This document shows positions 36,816-45,894 of a stretch of 45,894 nt of DNA, piece by piece. Location: positions 1 through 45,894 of the forward strand of contig JAYTSJ010000076.1 in the NCBI GenBank assembly GCA_043745725.1, given 5' to 3'. A model generated the notes under the pieces. It was not told where the DNA came from, did not search any database, and saw nothing but the letters and a program-made list of their open reading frames with translations. The stretch is from Gammaproteobacteria bacterium (GTDB lineage: Bacteria; Pseudomonadota; Gammaproteobacteria; Pseudomonadales; Cellvibrionaceae). How positions within the stretch are numbered: position 1 is the first letter of the stretch; every line of letters begins with the position of its first letter. The position numbers and the translations under genes are program-made.

Positions 36816-36930
36816 GATTACACCAATAAGAATGGATTTTTTGAAAATTTTATTTTTATGTTTACGTCATTCATTGTGATAATTGCCTCATCCGTGAGGC
36901 TGATTATTCCTAAATTACAGGGTGTTCCTT

Positions 36931-38853
36931 TTACAACTTGGTGAACTTAACCCAGTTAATATTCCAGCCAGCTTTCACGGCAAAAATGCCCAGTGAATAT
37001 GTGCCGGCATTGATATTGACGGTGTTAGAAACCGTTACCCAGTTTTGCCAACCACCTGTCGCTGGGATTGTTACTTGACCGAGTTGAGTGGCGCCCGCGT
37101 TTAAATCGAGCGATAACGCTGCACCGCTTGGGCTGGCTACGCGGTATTCCACCTTGTAACTGCCGCTGGTGGGAAATGTGATATTGGCGTAAGCCATCCA
37201 GTCATTCGCTTCAATCCAACCGACGTTTTTCCCGCCGCCCGCATCCGTTGTGGTTTCAGTCGCAACACCGCTCATAGAGGTATAAGTTTCCGCCTCAATT
37301 TGCTTGGTGAAGGCGGTAGTACCACCATTTTGCTGGATAATTTTGAATTTCTGCGCATTGGTGCTGTTGGTAAACCATTGCTCTAATTGCAGACCCGTTG
37401 CAGAACTACCGCCGGGAACATCGAGCGCCTGACCGCTGTACATGTTGATGAAATAGTAGCTACCGTCAGAATTGAGGACTGGTCGCCATTGGTCATTACC
37501 AGGCGTTAAACCCTGCGCAGACCATTGGATAATCTTTGCACCGTTAATGGCAGAACCTGCCGCCACATTCAACACTAAACCGCTGTTTGCGTTTTTGATG
37601 TGGTAGTAACCACCCCCAGTTGATTCAAATGTCCACAGGGAATTTTTCTCACCCGCCGAGAATGGCCACTGAACAACCAAGCCGCCATTCGCAGTTGATG
37701 AACCAGATATATTAAGCGCTAATCCACTGCCTACGTTTTGGATCTCGTAAGTGTTATTAAACGGACCAGCATCAGCACTTGCTTCTATAGCAGCGGGCAG
37801 AATCACTGAGCCTTCTGCTTCCATCGCCCAAATGTCGGTGGTGGGAGTCAGTTTGGTCAGATTGTTTTGCGAGATGTTGTAATCCGTACGACGGTTCTTC
37901 CAAGCGGCAGCCGCGTTATTGGCAAACCACTGGGAGTAAGTCGACCACAAGTTGTTTTGACGAGCAAAGTTACCGAGACCACGATAGAACTGTTCACTAC
38001 CAAAGCTACCATTAGCGGGGTGATCTTCAGTCATGATCGGGTATCTATTGATTACATGGGTCGTAGCAAGGACGGCATCGTTGTAGTACTGGCTGTTGCC
38101 CGTAATTTTGTAGAGCGCATTCGCAGCGTTAATGATTGCCCCGCTGTTATAGACATTGTCGTCACCCATAATGCCTGACGGTCCGATTTGCTCATGTACA
38201 CGTCCATTGTTAAGGTCGAACAGATACGTGCGCGCCCATGCATAAATTTCCTTTGACTTGGTGAGGTAACTGTTATCACCAGTGGCTAGATAAATCATCG
38301 CGCCGGAAATCACAAACGGCCAGTTACTGAGTGCGCACTTGCCACCGTTAGGAACGTTGTCCATGTTCTCCCAAATACCGCCACCGTAGTCACCATCCCA
38401 ACCGCGCGCATAAGCTGTATCCCAGTTCTTTTTAGCCATATCCAAATAGGCCGCATTGCCCGTAATTTGGTAGCCGCGCATTAGGGTAATAGTGGCCCAG
38501 GCTAGATCGTCGTTCCATTTATCCCAGACTAAATCGGTGCCGTTTTGCTTTATAAATGTATCGAGCGAGTCAGAAATAAGTTGGCGGCGATCGGCAGCAA
38601 AATTGGCCTGATATGAATCTTCAACACCTTCGATGATATAAGCCTGCCCCCACATGAAAGCCATAGAACGCTTGGTCAAGCTATCGGCAAAGTAGGTTTT
38701 CCCTGCGCTTTTAATCAAAAATGCTTGTAGCCAACCGTTGTAAACGGTGTCGGCTTGAGTTTCAGCCTGCGCAAGTGGTGCACTTAACATACTCGCAAGT
38801 GCCAGTACCGGCGCTGCGAAACACAGATGTTTTAATCGAAAATACTTTTTCAT
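36931..38853 (-). CDS. Secreted GH76-ricin-CBM6 protein (third, more divergent GH76)
   Basis: WNDDLAW, GGIW, YNSG; QxW repeats; C-terminal CBM6; ATG at 38853 with GAGG RBS preferred over the 38889 start. Confidence 0.9.
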   Translation of the reverse strand: MKKYFRLKHLCFAAPVLALASMLSAPLAQAETQADTVYNGWLQAFLIKSAGKTYFADSLTKRSMAFMWGQAYIIEGVEDSYQANFAADRRQLISDSLDTFIKQNGTDLVWDKWNDDLAWATITLMRGYQITGNAAYLDMAKKNWDTAYARGWDGDYGGGIWENMDNVPNGGKCALSNWPFVISGAMIYLATGDNSYLTKSKEIYAWARTYLFDLNNGRVHEQIGPSGIMGDDNVYNSGAIINAANALYKITGNSQYYNDAVLATTHVINRYPIMTEDHPANGSFGSEQFYRGLGNFARQNNLWSTYSQWFANNAAAAWKNRRTDYNISQNNLTKLTPTTDIWAMEAEGSVILPAAIEASADAGPFNNTYEIQNVGSGLALNISGSSTANGGLVVQWPFSAGEKNSLWTFESTGGGYYHIKNANSGLVLNVAAGSAINGAKIIQWSAQGLTPGNDQWRPVLNSDGSYYFINMYSGQALDVPGGSSATGLQLEQWFTNSTNAQKFKIIQQNGGTTAFTKQIEAETYTSMSGVATETTTDAGGGKNVGWIEANDWMAYANITFPTSGSYKVEYRVASPSGAALSLDLNAGATQLGQVTIPATGGWQNWVTVSNTVNINAGTYSLGIFAVKAGWNINWVKFTKL

Positions 38854-38906
38854 TTTAAGCCTCATATTTGAATGTGAGGGGGCATCCACATATTTGAAAA
38901 ACGCGA

Positions 38907-38920
38907 TGAAAACGTTTTCA
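38907..38920. promoter_or_regulatory. LacI-family-type operator palindrome, copy 2
   Basis: TGAAAACGTTTTCA followed by CGACACGGAATAACCCC, as at 14491-14524. Confidence 0.7.
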
Positions 38921-38958
38921 AACCGACACGGAATAACCCCCTAATAATGTATGGTGTG

Positions 38959-40596
38959 CTAGATTTTGGTGAACTTGATCCAGTTGATATTCCAGCCACC
39001 TTTAGGGGCGAATATACCGAGCGAATAGGTTCCAGCATTGATATTGACTGTGTTGGAAACCGTGACCCACGACTGCCAACCGCCAGTTGCAGGAATGGTT
39101 ACCTGACCCAGCTGAATGCTGCCTGCGTTTAAATCGAGGGAAAGTGTTGCACCACCTGGGCTGGCTACGCGGTATTCGACTTTGTAACTGCCGCTGCTTG
39201 GGAAGTTGGTATTGGCGTAAACCATAAAATCGTTAACATCGATCCAACCGACGTTTTGGCCACCGCCTGCATCAGAAGTAGCTTCAGTCAGCACGCCGAC
39301 CATCGAGGTGTAACTTTCGGCTTCGATTTGTTTCGTAAAACCACCGCTGCCGGTTCTGTTGAGTATCCAGCGTTGATTGTCACCAGCACTGCATGTCCAC
39401 ACACCTACGCCGGTGCCGTTAGTTGTTCCCCATCCATTTACGTCCAGGCACAAGCCATTGTTGTTGGCTGGGTTCCAGGTGTAACCACCGTTTTTGGGTG
39501 TAGCTCGCCACGCTTGTGATTTGGAACCATTGCAAGGTAGAAGCGTTACGGCAGCACCACGGTTTGTACCCGATGCAGTCAGGCAGTAATTACCTAGGGA
39601 AAGCGCGATGTTGTAGTAACCAGAAGGCGCCACATTCGCGTTGGAAATAGTCCAGGATTGCGCGGCGGTGTTATTGGTTTGCCAGATATCAATTGGGCTG
39701 TTATCGCGTAAATCACCGGCGTAATCATCCAATGCCTGGCCTTGTGCGTGCGCAGGATGCAATACATAGCTGCCATTAGCAGGCCCCATAGAATCGGGCT
39801 CGCCAATCCAACCTTTAGCGATAACTTGCTTGATCGCGCCATGCCAGGCATCCGCCATTTTGCGATAGCCATTTTCGTTGGGGTGCAAACCATCTGCCAG
39901 ATCAGCAACGGTAACGCTGCCCATATCCACCAACGCAATATGCTTGCCTTGGTTCGCGCGGGACTCAACGGTAAAGCGGGTTTGATTGTTGAAAGTAGCC
40001 ATGCGCGCCGTGGTTGAATCACTGCCAGCACGAATAATTGCCGCTACTAATATGGTGGAGTTTGGTGCCGCTGCAAAAATCTGATCGATCAATGCGGCTA
40101 AACGAGCAGGAGCCGTATCAACTTGAAAGTTGCCGTTAATATCGTTTGTGCCTATGTGTAACAAGACGAGGTTAGGGCGATATTGCACCACAACGCCAGT
40201 CGCAATTGATGCGATCTGATCAATTCGCCAACCGCTATGTCCTTCATTTTCAAGATCACTGAAATTACCGTCGCGTGAATTGCCAACATAATCCAGCTGA
40301 CTAACTTCATTGATCAACTGATCGTAAAGCGGCGCGCGATAACTATTGCCATTGGGAACACCAATGCCTTCAGTGATCGAGTCGCCCATGGGCATGATTC
40401 GTAGATTTTGCGAATGGGCAGATACTGCGGTTAGTGCAAGCAAAACACTTACTACTATTGAAGCAGGTGAGAACAATTTATGTCTGTGGATATTTCTGGC
40501 ACGAGAAATTGAGATAAAGGTATTGGCCATAGACAATGCCCATCTTCTCAAAAAAATCGTCGTCAAAAACGTTATTATATTCATGAATTTTTGCAT
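38959..40596 (-). CDS. Secreted SGNH esterase (CE3-like)-ricin-CBM6, copy B
   Basis: GDSIT, EGHSGW, GTND, DGLHP; paralog of 14645-15883 with an added CBM6. Confidence 0.9.
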   Translation of the reverse strand: MQKFMNIITFLTTIFLRRWALSMANTFISISRARNIHRHKLFSPASIVVSVLLALTAVSAHSQNLRIMPMGDSITEGIGVPNGNSYRAPLYDQLINEVSQLDYVGNSRDGNFSDLENEGHSGWRIDQIASIATGVVVQYRPNLVLLHIGTNDINGNFQVDTAPARLAALIDQIFAAAPNSTILVAAIIRAGSDSTTARMATFNNQTRFTVESRANQGKHIALVDMGSVTVADLADGLHPNENGYRKMADAWHGAIKQVIAKGWIGEPDSMGPANGSYVLHPAHAQGQALDDYAGDLRDNSPIDIWQTNNTAAQSWTISNANVAPSGYYNIALSLGNYCLTASGTNRGAAVTLLPCNGSKSQAWRATPKNGGYTWNPANNNGLCLDVNGWGTTNGTGVGVWTCSAGDNQRWILNRTGSGGFTKQIEAESYTSMVGVLTEATSDAGGGQNVGWIDVNDFMVYANTNFPSSGSYKVEYRVASPGGATLSLDLNAGSIQLGQVTIPATGGWQSWVTVSNTVNINAGTYSLGIFAPKGGWNINWIKFTKI

Positions 40597-41400
40597 GATT
40601 AAAATTTCCTAAGAGTTATTTTTATTTACGTTAGGTGACAAGCATGCGAGATTTTCAGAACAGCACTAGGGCAACTCAATAACGATTTGCATAGACTCTG
40701 ACAAACAAGCGGGGCGAATTTAACAGAGATTTCTCGGAGTTGGGCTCGAATATTTTTTGTCGTACGTTCTTCTTTTGGTAGTGCTAGTTCGAATAATGGT
40801 AGATGAGTTGCTTAATAAAACTCTCACGATTCAAAGCTCAAATAAATCGTCAAAAAAGTTTCACTTAAATCCATATTTAAAAGAACTAATCAAAATTTTA
40901 AATATATTAATACTAGAAACTTACCAATGGACATCAATATGTTTTAAATCATAGACGTAGAATCACGCGAGTCCGCAGATATCGCCCTACCGATGCCGGA
41001 TTTTGGCACCTAAACCAATATTAATTGATTAGTATTAGTTTTCTTATCAAATGTCCCACTTTAAAGTGATACACGCTATAAGTTTCGAAAAACCGAGAAA
41101 AAAATAATTTTTAATAATCGCGAACCGCATCACAATACTCGATCACTTCGAGAAATGCGTTGGGCGTGTGCCACTTACGAAAATCGAAGTGGAACGCGCT
41201 AACTAAAAAAAATTTCGAAAAAAATTGAAATGAAATTCAAAAATGTGACATGGATCTCTAAAAAAATACTCCCTGAAAATAACACGCCAACATCCAATAA
41301 TGAACAATCAACAATCAACAATAAGAGTCGCGGCAGTTTGCCAGCGCACTCATTTAAAAGTAACGAAATTACAGCACATCTCCAACAGACAAATTTTGCC
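40597..41400 (-). promoter_or_regulatory. Long conserved upstream regulatory region, copy 2
   Basis: Block-wise homology to 15884-16670. Confidence 0.65.
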
Positions 41401-41812
41401 ATCAAATAGAAACAGAAGACTCTAAAATGCAAAGGCGTTTACTTACAAAAACTTGTATCGCACGCCAACCCCATTCGATTTATTTTTTTCAAGAGCCGCC
41501 AATACTTGATTGAAGAGTACCAATCGGCACGCGCAATATGAAAAATAATTTTTTAATCTGATTTTTGATTTAATTTTTGAAACAAATAAATTATGGCTAT
41601 TTAATAGAAAGTGTACGTTAGACAACATACTTTTAATTTATTTCTAATAAGCTTAGCTGGGTCATTTCAAGCGTTAACGTTTTTAATCTGATAGAAATGA
41701 TACCGCATTATTAATGTTTTATTTTTTCCGCGTGATTTACGTACTACTTAAAAATAAAAATATTTTTGGCGTGCTAAATCGCAAACAATCAAATCATTGA
41801 AAGGGTTTATAT

Positions 41813-42361
41813 ATGTCACACAAATTTAATTTATTCGCAACATTATTTTCTTTTGGCGCCATGAGCACTGCATTTGCGTCTTCCTCTGTGTCTTATCCAA
41901 ATCCGGGCACTGAAAATGCTGTCTGGTATAAATTTATTGCTAAAACGACGGGGCCCGTCAGCGCTTATTTTGTTGGAAGCAAAGCAGGCTTTGAAGAAAA
42001 TATTCGCGTCGTTTCAAATGGGCAGTTGCTAGGCGCCACTGGGCTCAGTAACCGCTATTTGAAATATGGAGATTCGATAACATTTGGTTATGTATTGGCA
42101 GGCGATACCGTCAGCATTTTCCTTTCCATTCCAGAAAAAAATGCAGGCGTTTGGTCGCAGAAAACGCAGATTTCTCCTGGCTTTTATTTGACACCGAATG
42201 GTATTTATTCGACTCATTATTCTGGCGATGCAAGCGGGAAAATTCCAGCAGGAGTTTACGTCGGATTTGAAGATCTCGCGTTTCAGCGACAAGCCGCTGA
42301 TTGGGATTACAACGACAGTGAATATGTATTTACCAATGTGTCGATGGTTGTGGACAAATAA
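41813..42361 (+). CDS. Secreted hypothetical protein with DUF4114-like acidic C-terminal motif
   Basis: Signal peptide ending AFA; VGFEDL...DWDYND..YVF. Confidence 0.7.
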   Translation: MSHKFNLFATLFSFGAMSTAFASSSVSYPNPGTENAVWYKFIAKTTGPVSAYFVGSKAGFEENIRVVSNGQLLGATGLSNRYLKYGDSITFGYVLAGDTVSIFLSIPEKNAGVWSQKTQISPGFYLTPNGIYSTHYSGDASGKIPAGVYVGFEDLAFQRQAADWDYNDSEYVFTNVSMVVDK

Positions 42362-42479
42362 TCTATAAAGAATGATGCGCCATTATAATCGATAAAATCC
42401 TATTGATAAAATGGCCGCCTCGATCCATAACTTTTTTGCTATTACAATTTTTACCCAATGAAAATTCGGAGAAAATAAA

Positions 42480-44507
42480 ATGAAAACGATACAAATTGGA
42501 ACCGGCTTCTTAATAAAAAGCTGTATAGCTCTGCTTGTAAGTGTGTGTGCAACCACCATCCAAGCCCAAACAAATTCATGGACTGCCTGTTCAAAAGAAA
42601 ACGGAACCTGTACGTTTGCGGGAAGCAAACTTGTTCGTTACGGTGCAGGTAATTTTTGGAAGCAAGGAATCTACATTAATTCAGTCGCGTGCAACAATGC
42701 AACATTTGGTGATCCAGTCGTAGGCACTTTCAAGAGTTGCCAAACAGCTGAACCGCAATGGGCGACTTGTGCCAGTGAGAATGGAACTTGCACATTTACG
42801 GGCAAGAAAATAATTCGTTATGGTATCGACACACGTTGGACTCAAGGCACATACACGAGTCAAGTGGCATGTAATAACAGCGTGTTTGGTGACCCTGCTG
42901 TTGGTAGCGGAAAAATTTGTCAGATCGCTGGTGATGGTTCTGATACTGCCGCTCCCACTTCACCAGACAATTTAAATATTCTTAATCTCACCTGCACTTC
43001 GGGAATATTATCCTGGACAGCAGCGCTCGATAATGTCGGTGTTGCTGCTTACGATATTTATCACGACGGCCAATTTATGTTGCGCGTTGGCGGAGATATT
43101 TTAACGACTACACTTACACTTAATCCTGGCGTTAATTGGGGACTATATGTAAACGCGGTAGATTCTGCGGGCAATGTTTCTCAGGCGAGCCCTACATTGC
43201 CAGTTGCCGTTCCACAATGTCAGGTTGACATCACTCCACCTTCCACACCAACAAATTTCAAAGGCGTAGCCACCGGAACCACGGCGACTTTGAGCTGGGC
43301 AGCAGCCACTGACAATATCCGTGTTACGGCTTACGACGTATATCGGAATAACGCAAAAGTCGGCTCAACGCCCGACCTGACTTATCTTGATTCCGGTTTA
43401 ACAGCAAACACAACTTATCAATATTCTGTTGCAGCACGGGATGCCCAAAAAAATACATCTACCCCCACTGCCAATTTAGCGCTAACAACTGGAAGTGTTT
43501 GCTCCACGCCTGTATGTTCGGTTGAGAAAGCTGCGACGGAAACCGATATCCCTTGGGGCTTGGTGACGCTTCCTGACGGTTCAATTCTTTACAGTCGTCG
43601 CGATGCCCATGACATCATTCGTCTTAATGCGGGTGTTAAAGCGACCGTCGGAATTGTGCCCAACGTAGAAAGTACCGACGGTGAAGGTGGCTTACTAGGT
43701 CTTGCAATCACGAAAGATTTTCCGGACACAGACCCGTGGCTTTATATTTTCCATACCACCGCAACGGATAACCGCCTCGTCCGAATCCAATATAAAGATG
43801 GTGTGATTGTTCCTTCAACCGAACAGATTTTGCTTAAAGGAATTGGTCGCAACAAATTCCATAATGGTGGTCGTTTGCGTTTCGGGCCGGATGGAAAATT
43901 GTATGTAGCGACGGGTGATGCGCAGGCATCGGATAACGCGCAAAATATTAATAGCCTTAACGGCAAGATCTTGCGCATCAATGTCGATGGCAGCATGCCT
44001 TCCGATAACCCCTACAACAATTACGTATGGAGTTATGGTCATCGCAATCCGCAAGGATTGGCATTCGATTCCAAAGGTCGCTTATGGCAACAAGAATTTG
44101 GTAATGGCGAATTGGATGAAACCAATTTAATTGAGAAGGGTGGTAACTACGGTTGGCCTGCGTGTGAAGGAACCATTTCACAATCAGCTGGCGGTTGTAC
44201 AACACCAGGATTCAAAGCACCGAAACAAACCTACCAAACCGCCAATGGCTCGTGCAGCGGCATCGCGATTGTTAACGATGTACTTTATGTTGCCTGCTTG
44301 CGTGGGAATCGTGTATATCGCGAAGTTATCAGTGGTGATTCATTAACAAATGTGCAGCAATTATTTGTCGGCACTTATGGCCGCATCCGCACCGTCGAGC
44401 CAACATTGGAAGGCGATTTATGGATGACAACATCTAACAATGGCGATAAAGACAGTATTGCGAACAATAGTAATGAACAAATATTTAAAGTTCTTTTGAA
44501 TAGATAA
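42480..44507 (+). CDS. Secreted PQQ-dependent glucose/sorbosone dehydrogenase-family protein with two Cys-rich repeats and two Fn3 domains
   Basis: EGGLLG, HNGGRLRFGPDG, YGHRNPQG, GGNYGWP; D.TPPSTP and DNV.V.AYD Fn3 motifs. Confidence 0.9.
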   Translation: MKTIQIGTGFLIKSCIALLVSVCATTIQAQTNSWTACSKENGTCTFAGSKLVRYGAGNFWKQGIYINSVACNNATFGDPVVGTFKSCQTAEPQWATCASENGTCTFTGKKIIRYGIDTRWTQGTYTSQVACNNSVFGDPAVGSGKICQIAGDGSDTAAPTSPDNLNILNLTCTSGILSWTAALDNVGVAAYDIYHDGQFMLRVGGDILTTTLTLNPGVNWGLYVNAVDSAGNVSQASPTLPVAVPQCQVDITPPSTPTNFKGVATGTTATLSWAAATDNIRVTAYDVYRNNAKVGSTPDLTYLDSGLTANTTYQYSVAARDAQKNTSTPTANLALTTGSVCSTPVCSVEKAATETDIPWGLVTLPDGSILYSRRDAHDIIRLNAGVKATVGIVPNVESTDGEGGLLGLAITKDFPDTDPWLYIFHTTATDNRLVRIQYKDGVIVPSTEQILLKGIGRNKFHNGGRLRFGPDGKLYVATGDAQASDNAQNINSLNGKILRINVDGSMPSDNPYNNYVWSYGHRNPQGLAFDSKGRLWQQEFGNGELDETNLIEKGGNYGWPACEGTISQSAGGCTTPGFKAPKQTYQTANGSCSGIAIVNDVLYVACLRGNRVYREVISGDSLTNVQQLFVGTYGRIRTVEPTLEGDLWMTTSNNGDKDSIANNSNEQIFKVLLNR

Positions 44508-44517
44508 ATTAGTAGCC

Positions 44518-44550
44518 ATGTCAATGTCGCTCACTGAGCGACATTGACAT
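44518..44550. terminator. Perfect hairpin, likely terminator between convergent genes
   Basis: ATGTCAATGTCGCTCA-c-TGAGCGACATTGACAT 10 bp after the stop codon. Confidence 0.7.
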
Positions 44551-44682
44551 TGGTTTATTGTGCCTTTCGAATAAATATTTATAAATTGCGCGCATTGTAA
44601 ACTAGCCCTACCACGCAAAAGTCCTCTACTTCTTCACATAGTTTCCCTATTTCTTCTCATATGATAACTTCCTTGCCTTCAA

Positions 44683-45489
44683 TTAAATTTCAACTGGCGT
44701 CGTCGGATGATTGCCCCACTCTGACCATGAACCGTGATAAGCACGAATATTAAATCCCAAAGCCTTGCCCACTAAATAAGTAAAGCCCGAACGGTGATGG
44801 CTTTGGCAATGGGTGATCATGCGTTTGTCTACGGTTAGGCCAAGCGACGCTAAATATTCTTTCGCGTCTTTACGAATGCGTAACGCATTATTGCGATCCA
44901 TTAAATTTGTCCAATCGCAATTGATCGCACCGGGAATATGCCCGCCTTTCAGGCCCATTACACGCTCACCGCGATATTCCGCAGGGCTGCGTGCGTCCCA
45001 TACTACAAAATCGGCTTTATCCAATTCGCTAATAATATCAGGAATTTCGACGACAACTTTGGGGTCAATTTTTATATCGGTTTTACTCGGCGTTACCGTA
45101 GGAATTTCTCGCGTGACAGGCTGACCAGAACCGATCCACGCGTGCAAGCCACCATTTAAATACGAATAATGTTTGTGGCCAATCGCATCCAGTGTCCAGA
45201 TCATTCGGCCTGCCCAACCACCACCTTCATCATCGTAGACAACAACGTGAGTGTCCGGCGTTAAGCCTAAAAAAGAAAATACGCGATTAAGTTGTTCAAC
45301 CGAAGCAATTTTATTAGGCACTGGCGCTTGGCCCAGCATAATTTTTTGCGGTGGCACATGAATCGCACCATCGATATGGCCTTGCATATAGGTTTGCTCA
45401 CCGCACATATCGATCACTAAAATTTTATCAGTGGGTTGTGCTAATAACGCAGCTAACTGTGTGGGTTCTATTACAAAAGGTAGGGCCAT
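44683..45489 (-). CDS. rhdA: Two-domain thiosulfate sulfurtransferase (Azotobacter RhdA type)
   Basis: GHIDGA, GHIPGA, active site HCQSHHRS, YHGSWSEW. Confidence 0.9.
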   Translation of the reverse strand: MALPFVIEPTQLAALLAQPTDKILVIDMCGEQTYMQGHIDGAIHVPPQKIMLGQAPVPNKIASVEQLNRVFSFLGLTPDTHVVVYDDEGGGWAGRMIWTLDAIGHKHYSYLNGGLHAWIGSGQPVTREIPTVTPSKTDIKIDPKVVVEIPDIISELDKADFVVWDARSPAEYRGERVMGLKGGHIPGAINCDWTNLMDRNNALRIRKDAKEYLASLGLTVDKRMITHCQSHHRSGFTYLVGKALGFNIRAYHGSWSEWGNHPTTPVEI

Positions 45490-45543
45490 TTTTTTACTCC
45501 AGTGAAAGCAAAATGTTATTTATAGGTGACACTTTGCAATCTG

Positions 45544-45894
45544 TTATTTGCTCAAATGATAAATCGCTGTTTCACCAAATAAATTGGGCAAGACATCTTT
45601 CAACAGCTGTCCCGATGCTTCATTGACTACTTCGCGGTGAATGACTTTAATATTTTTTTCGCGACAAAGTACTTCAAAATCTTTGAACGTACAAAAGTGG
45701 ATGTTCGGGGTGTTGTACCATTCATAAGGCAAAAGATCTGACACTGGCATACGGCCACGAGTCGCTAATTGGTAACGCGCCTTCCAGTGACCAAAATTTG
45801 GGAAAGTAACAATACATTCTTTACCAACACGCAACATTTCTTCTAATACTTTATGGGGAAAGTGTAAGGTTTGCAGCGCTTGTGTCATTAGCAC
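45544..45894 (-). CDS. metW: Methionine biosynthesis protein MetW (3' part; runs off the window)
   Basis: IVTFPNFGHW, GRMPV, WYNTPNIHFCT.KDFE. Confidence 0.92.
   Translation of the reverse strand: MLMTQALQTLHFPHKVLEEMLRVGKECIVTFPNFGHWKARYQLATRGRMPVSDLLPYEWYNTPNIHFCTFKDFEVLCREKNIKVIHREVVNEASGQLLKDVLPNLFGETAIYHLSK

Noticed and set aside
40757-41628. Short ORFs 40757-40954, 41199-41432 and 41443-41628
   Set aside because: Low-complexity AT-rich products with non-ATG starts; no equivalent ORFs in the homologous copy-1 region
41766-41783. Sigma54 promoter TTGGCGTGCTAAATCGC upstream of 41813
   Set aside because: 11 nt between GG and GC instead of the required 10; the TGGCAC sites near 16470 and 41170 also fail the spacing
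44622-44662. Imperfect pyrimidine-rich direct repeat with GGA motifs on the minus strand (CsrA/RsmA-sponge-like)
   Set aside because: Too few GGA motifs and no hairpin presentation; probably slippage in the rhdA 3' region

Overview
Chromosomal window from a saprophytic gammaproteobacterium, most likely Cellvibrionaceae (inferred from the DopC/DopE-like helicase-loader pair, CBM6/ricin-tagged secreted CAZymes and an Azotobacter-type RhdA). The left part holds a GH3 beta-glucosidase, a Bax-like glucosaminidase, the domesticated lambda O/P-like pair, and a TonB receptor-MipA-DUF3019-RstAB-like-TraB/GumN cluster. The middle has two diverged, directly repeated copies of a secreted alpha-mannan-degrading locus: copy 1 (about 12.4-16.7 kb; GH76 + SGNH) and copy 2 (about 31.2-41.4 kb; GH76, GH92, second GH76, SGNH). 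Each copy has an about 800-bp conserved non-coding upstream region and a LacI-type palindrome. Between them lies a 14-kb sulfur island: GntR, AprA/AsfA-like flavoprotein, ferredoxin, a sulfonate-type ABC transporter whose binding protein has a NosL-like tail, HEAT-repeat and DUF971 proteins, a degenerate EAL protein, and a Family 2A encapsulin operon (rhodanese, serine acetyltransferase, XRE regulator, shell, cysteine desulfurase cargo). The right end holds a secreted hypothetical protein, a modular PQQ-type sugar dehydrogenase, rhdA and partial metW. No tRNA, rRNA, CRISPR array or transposase was seen. All calls come from motif recognition by eye, without database searches.
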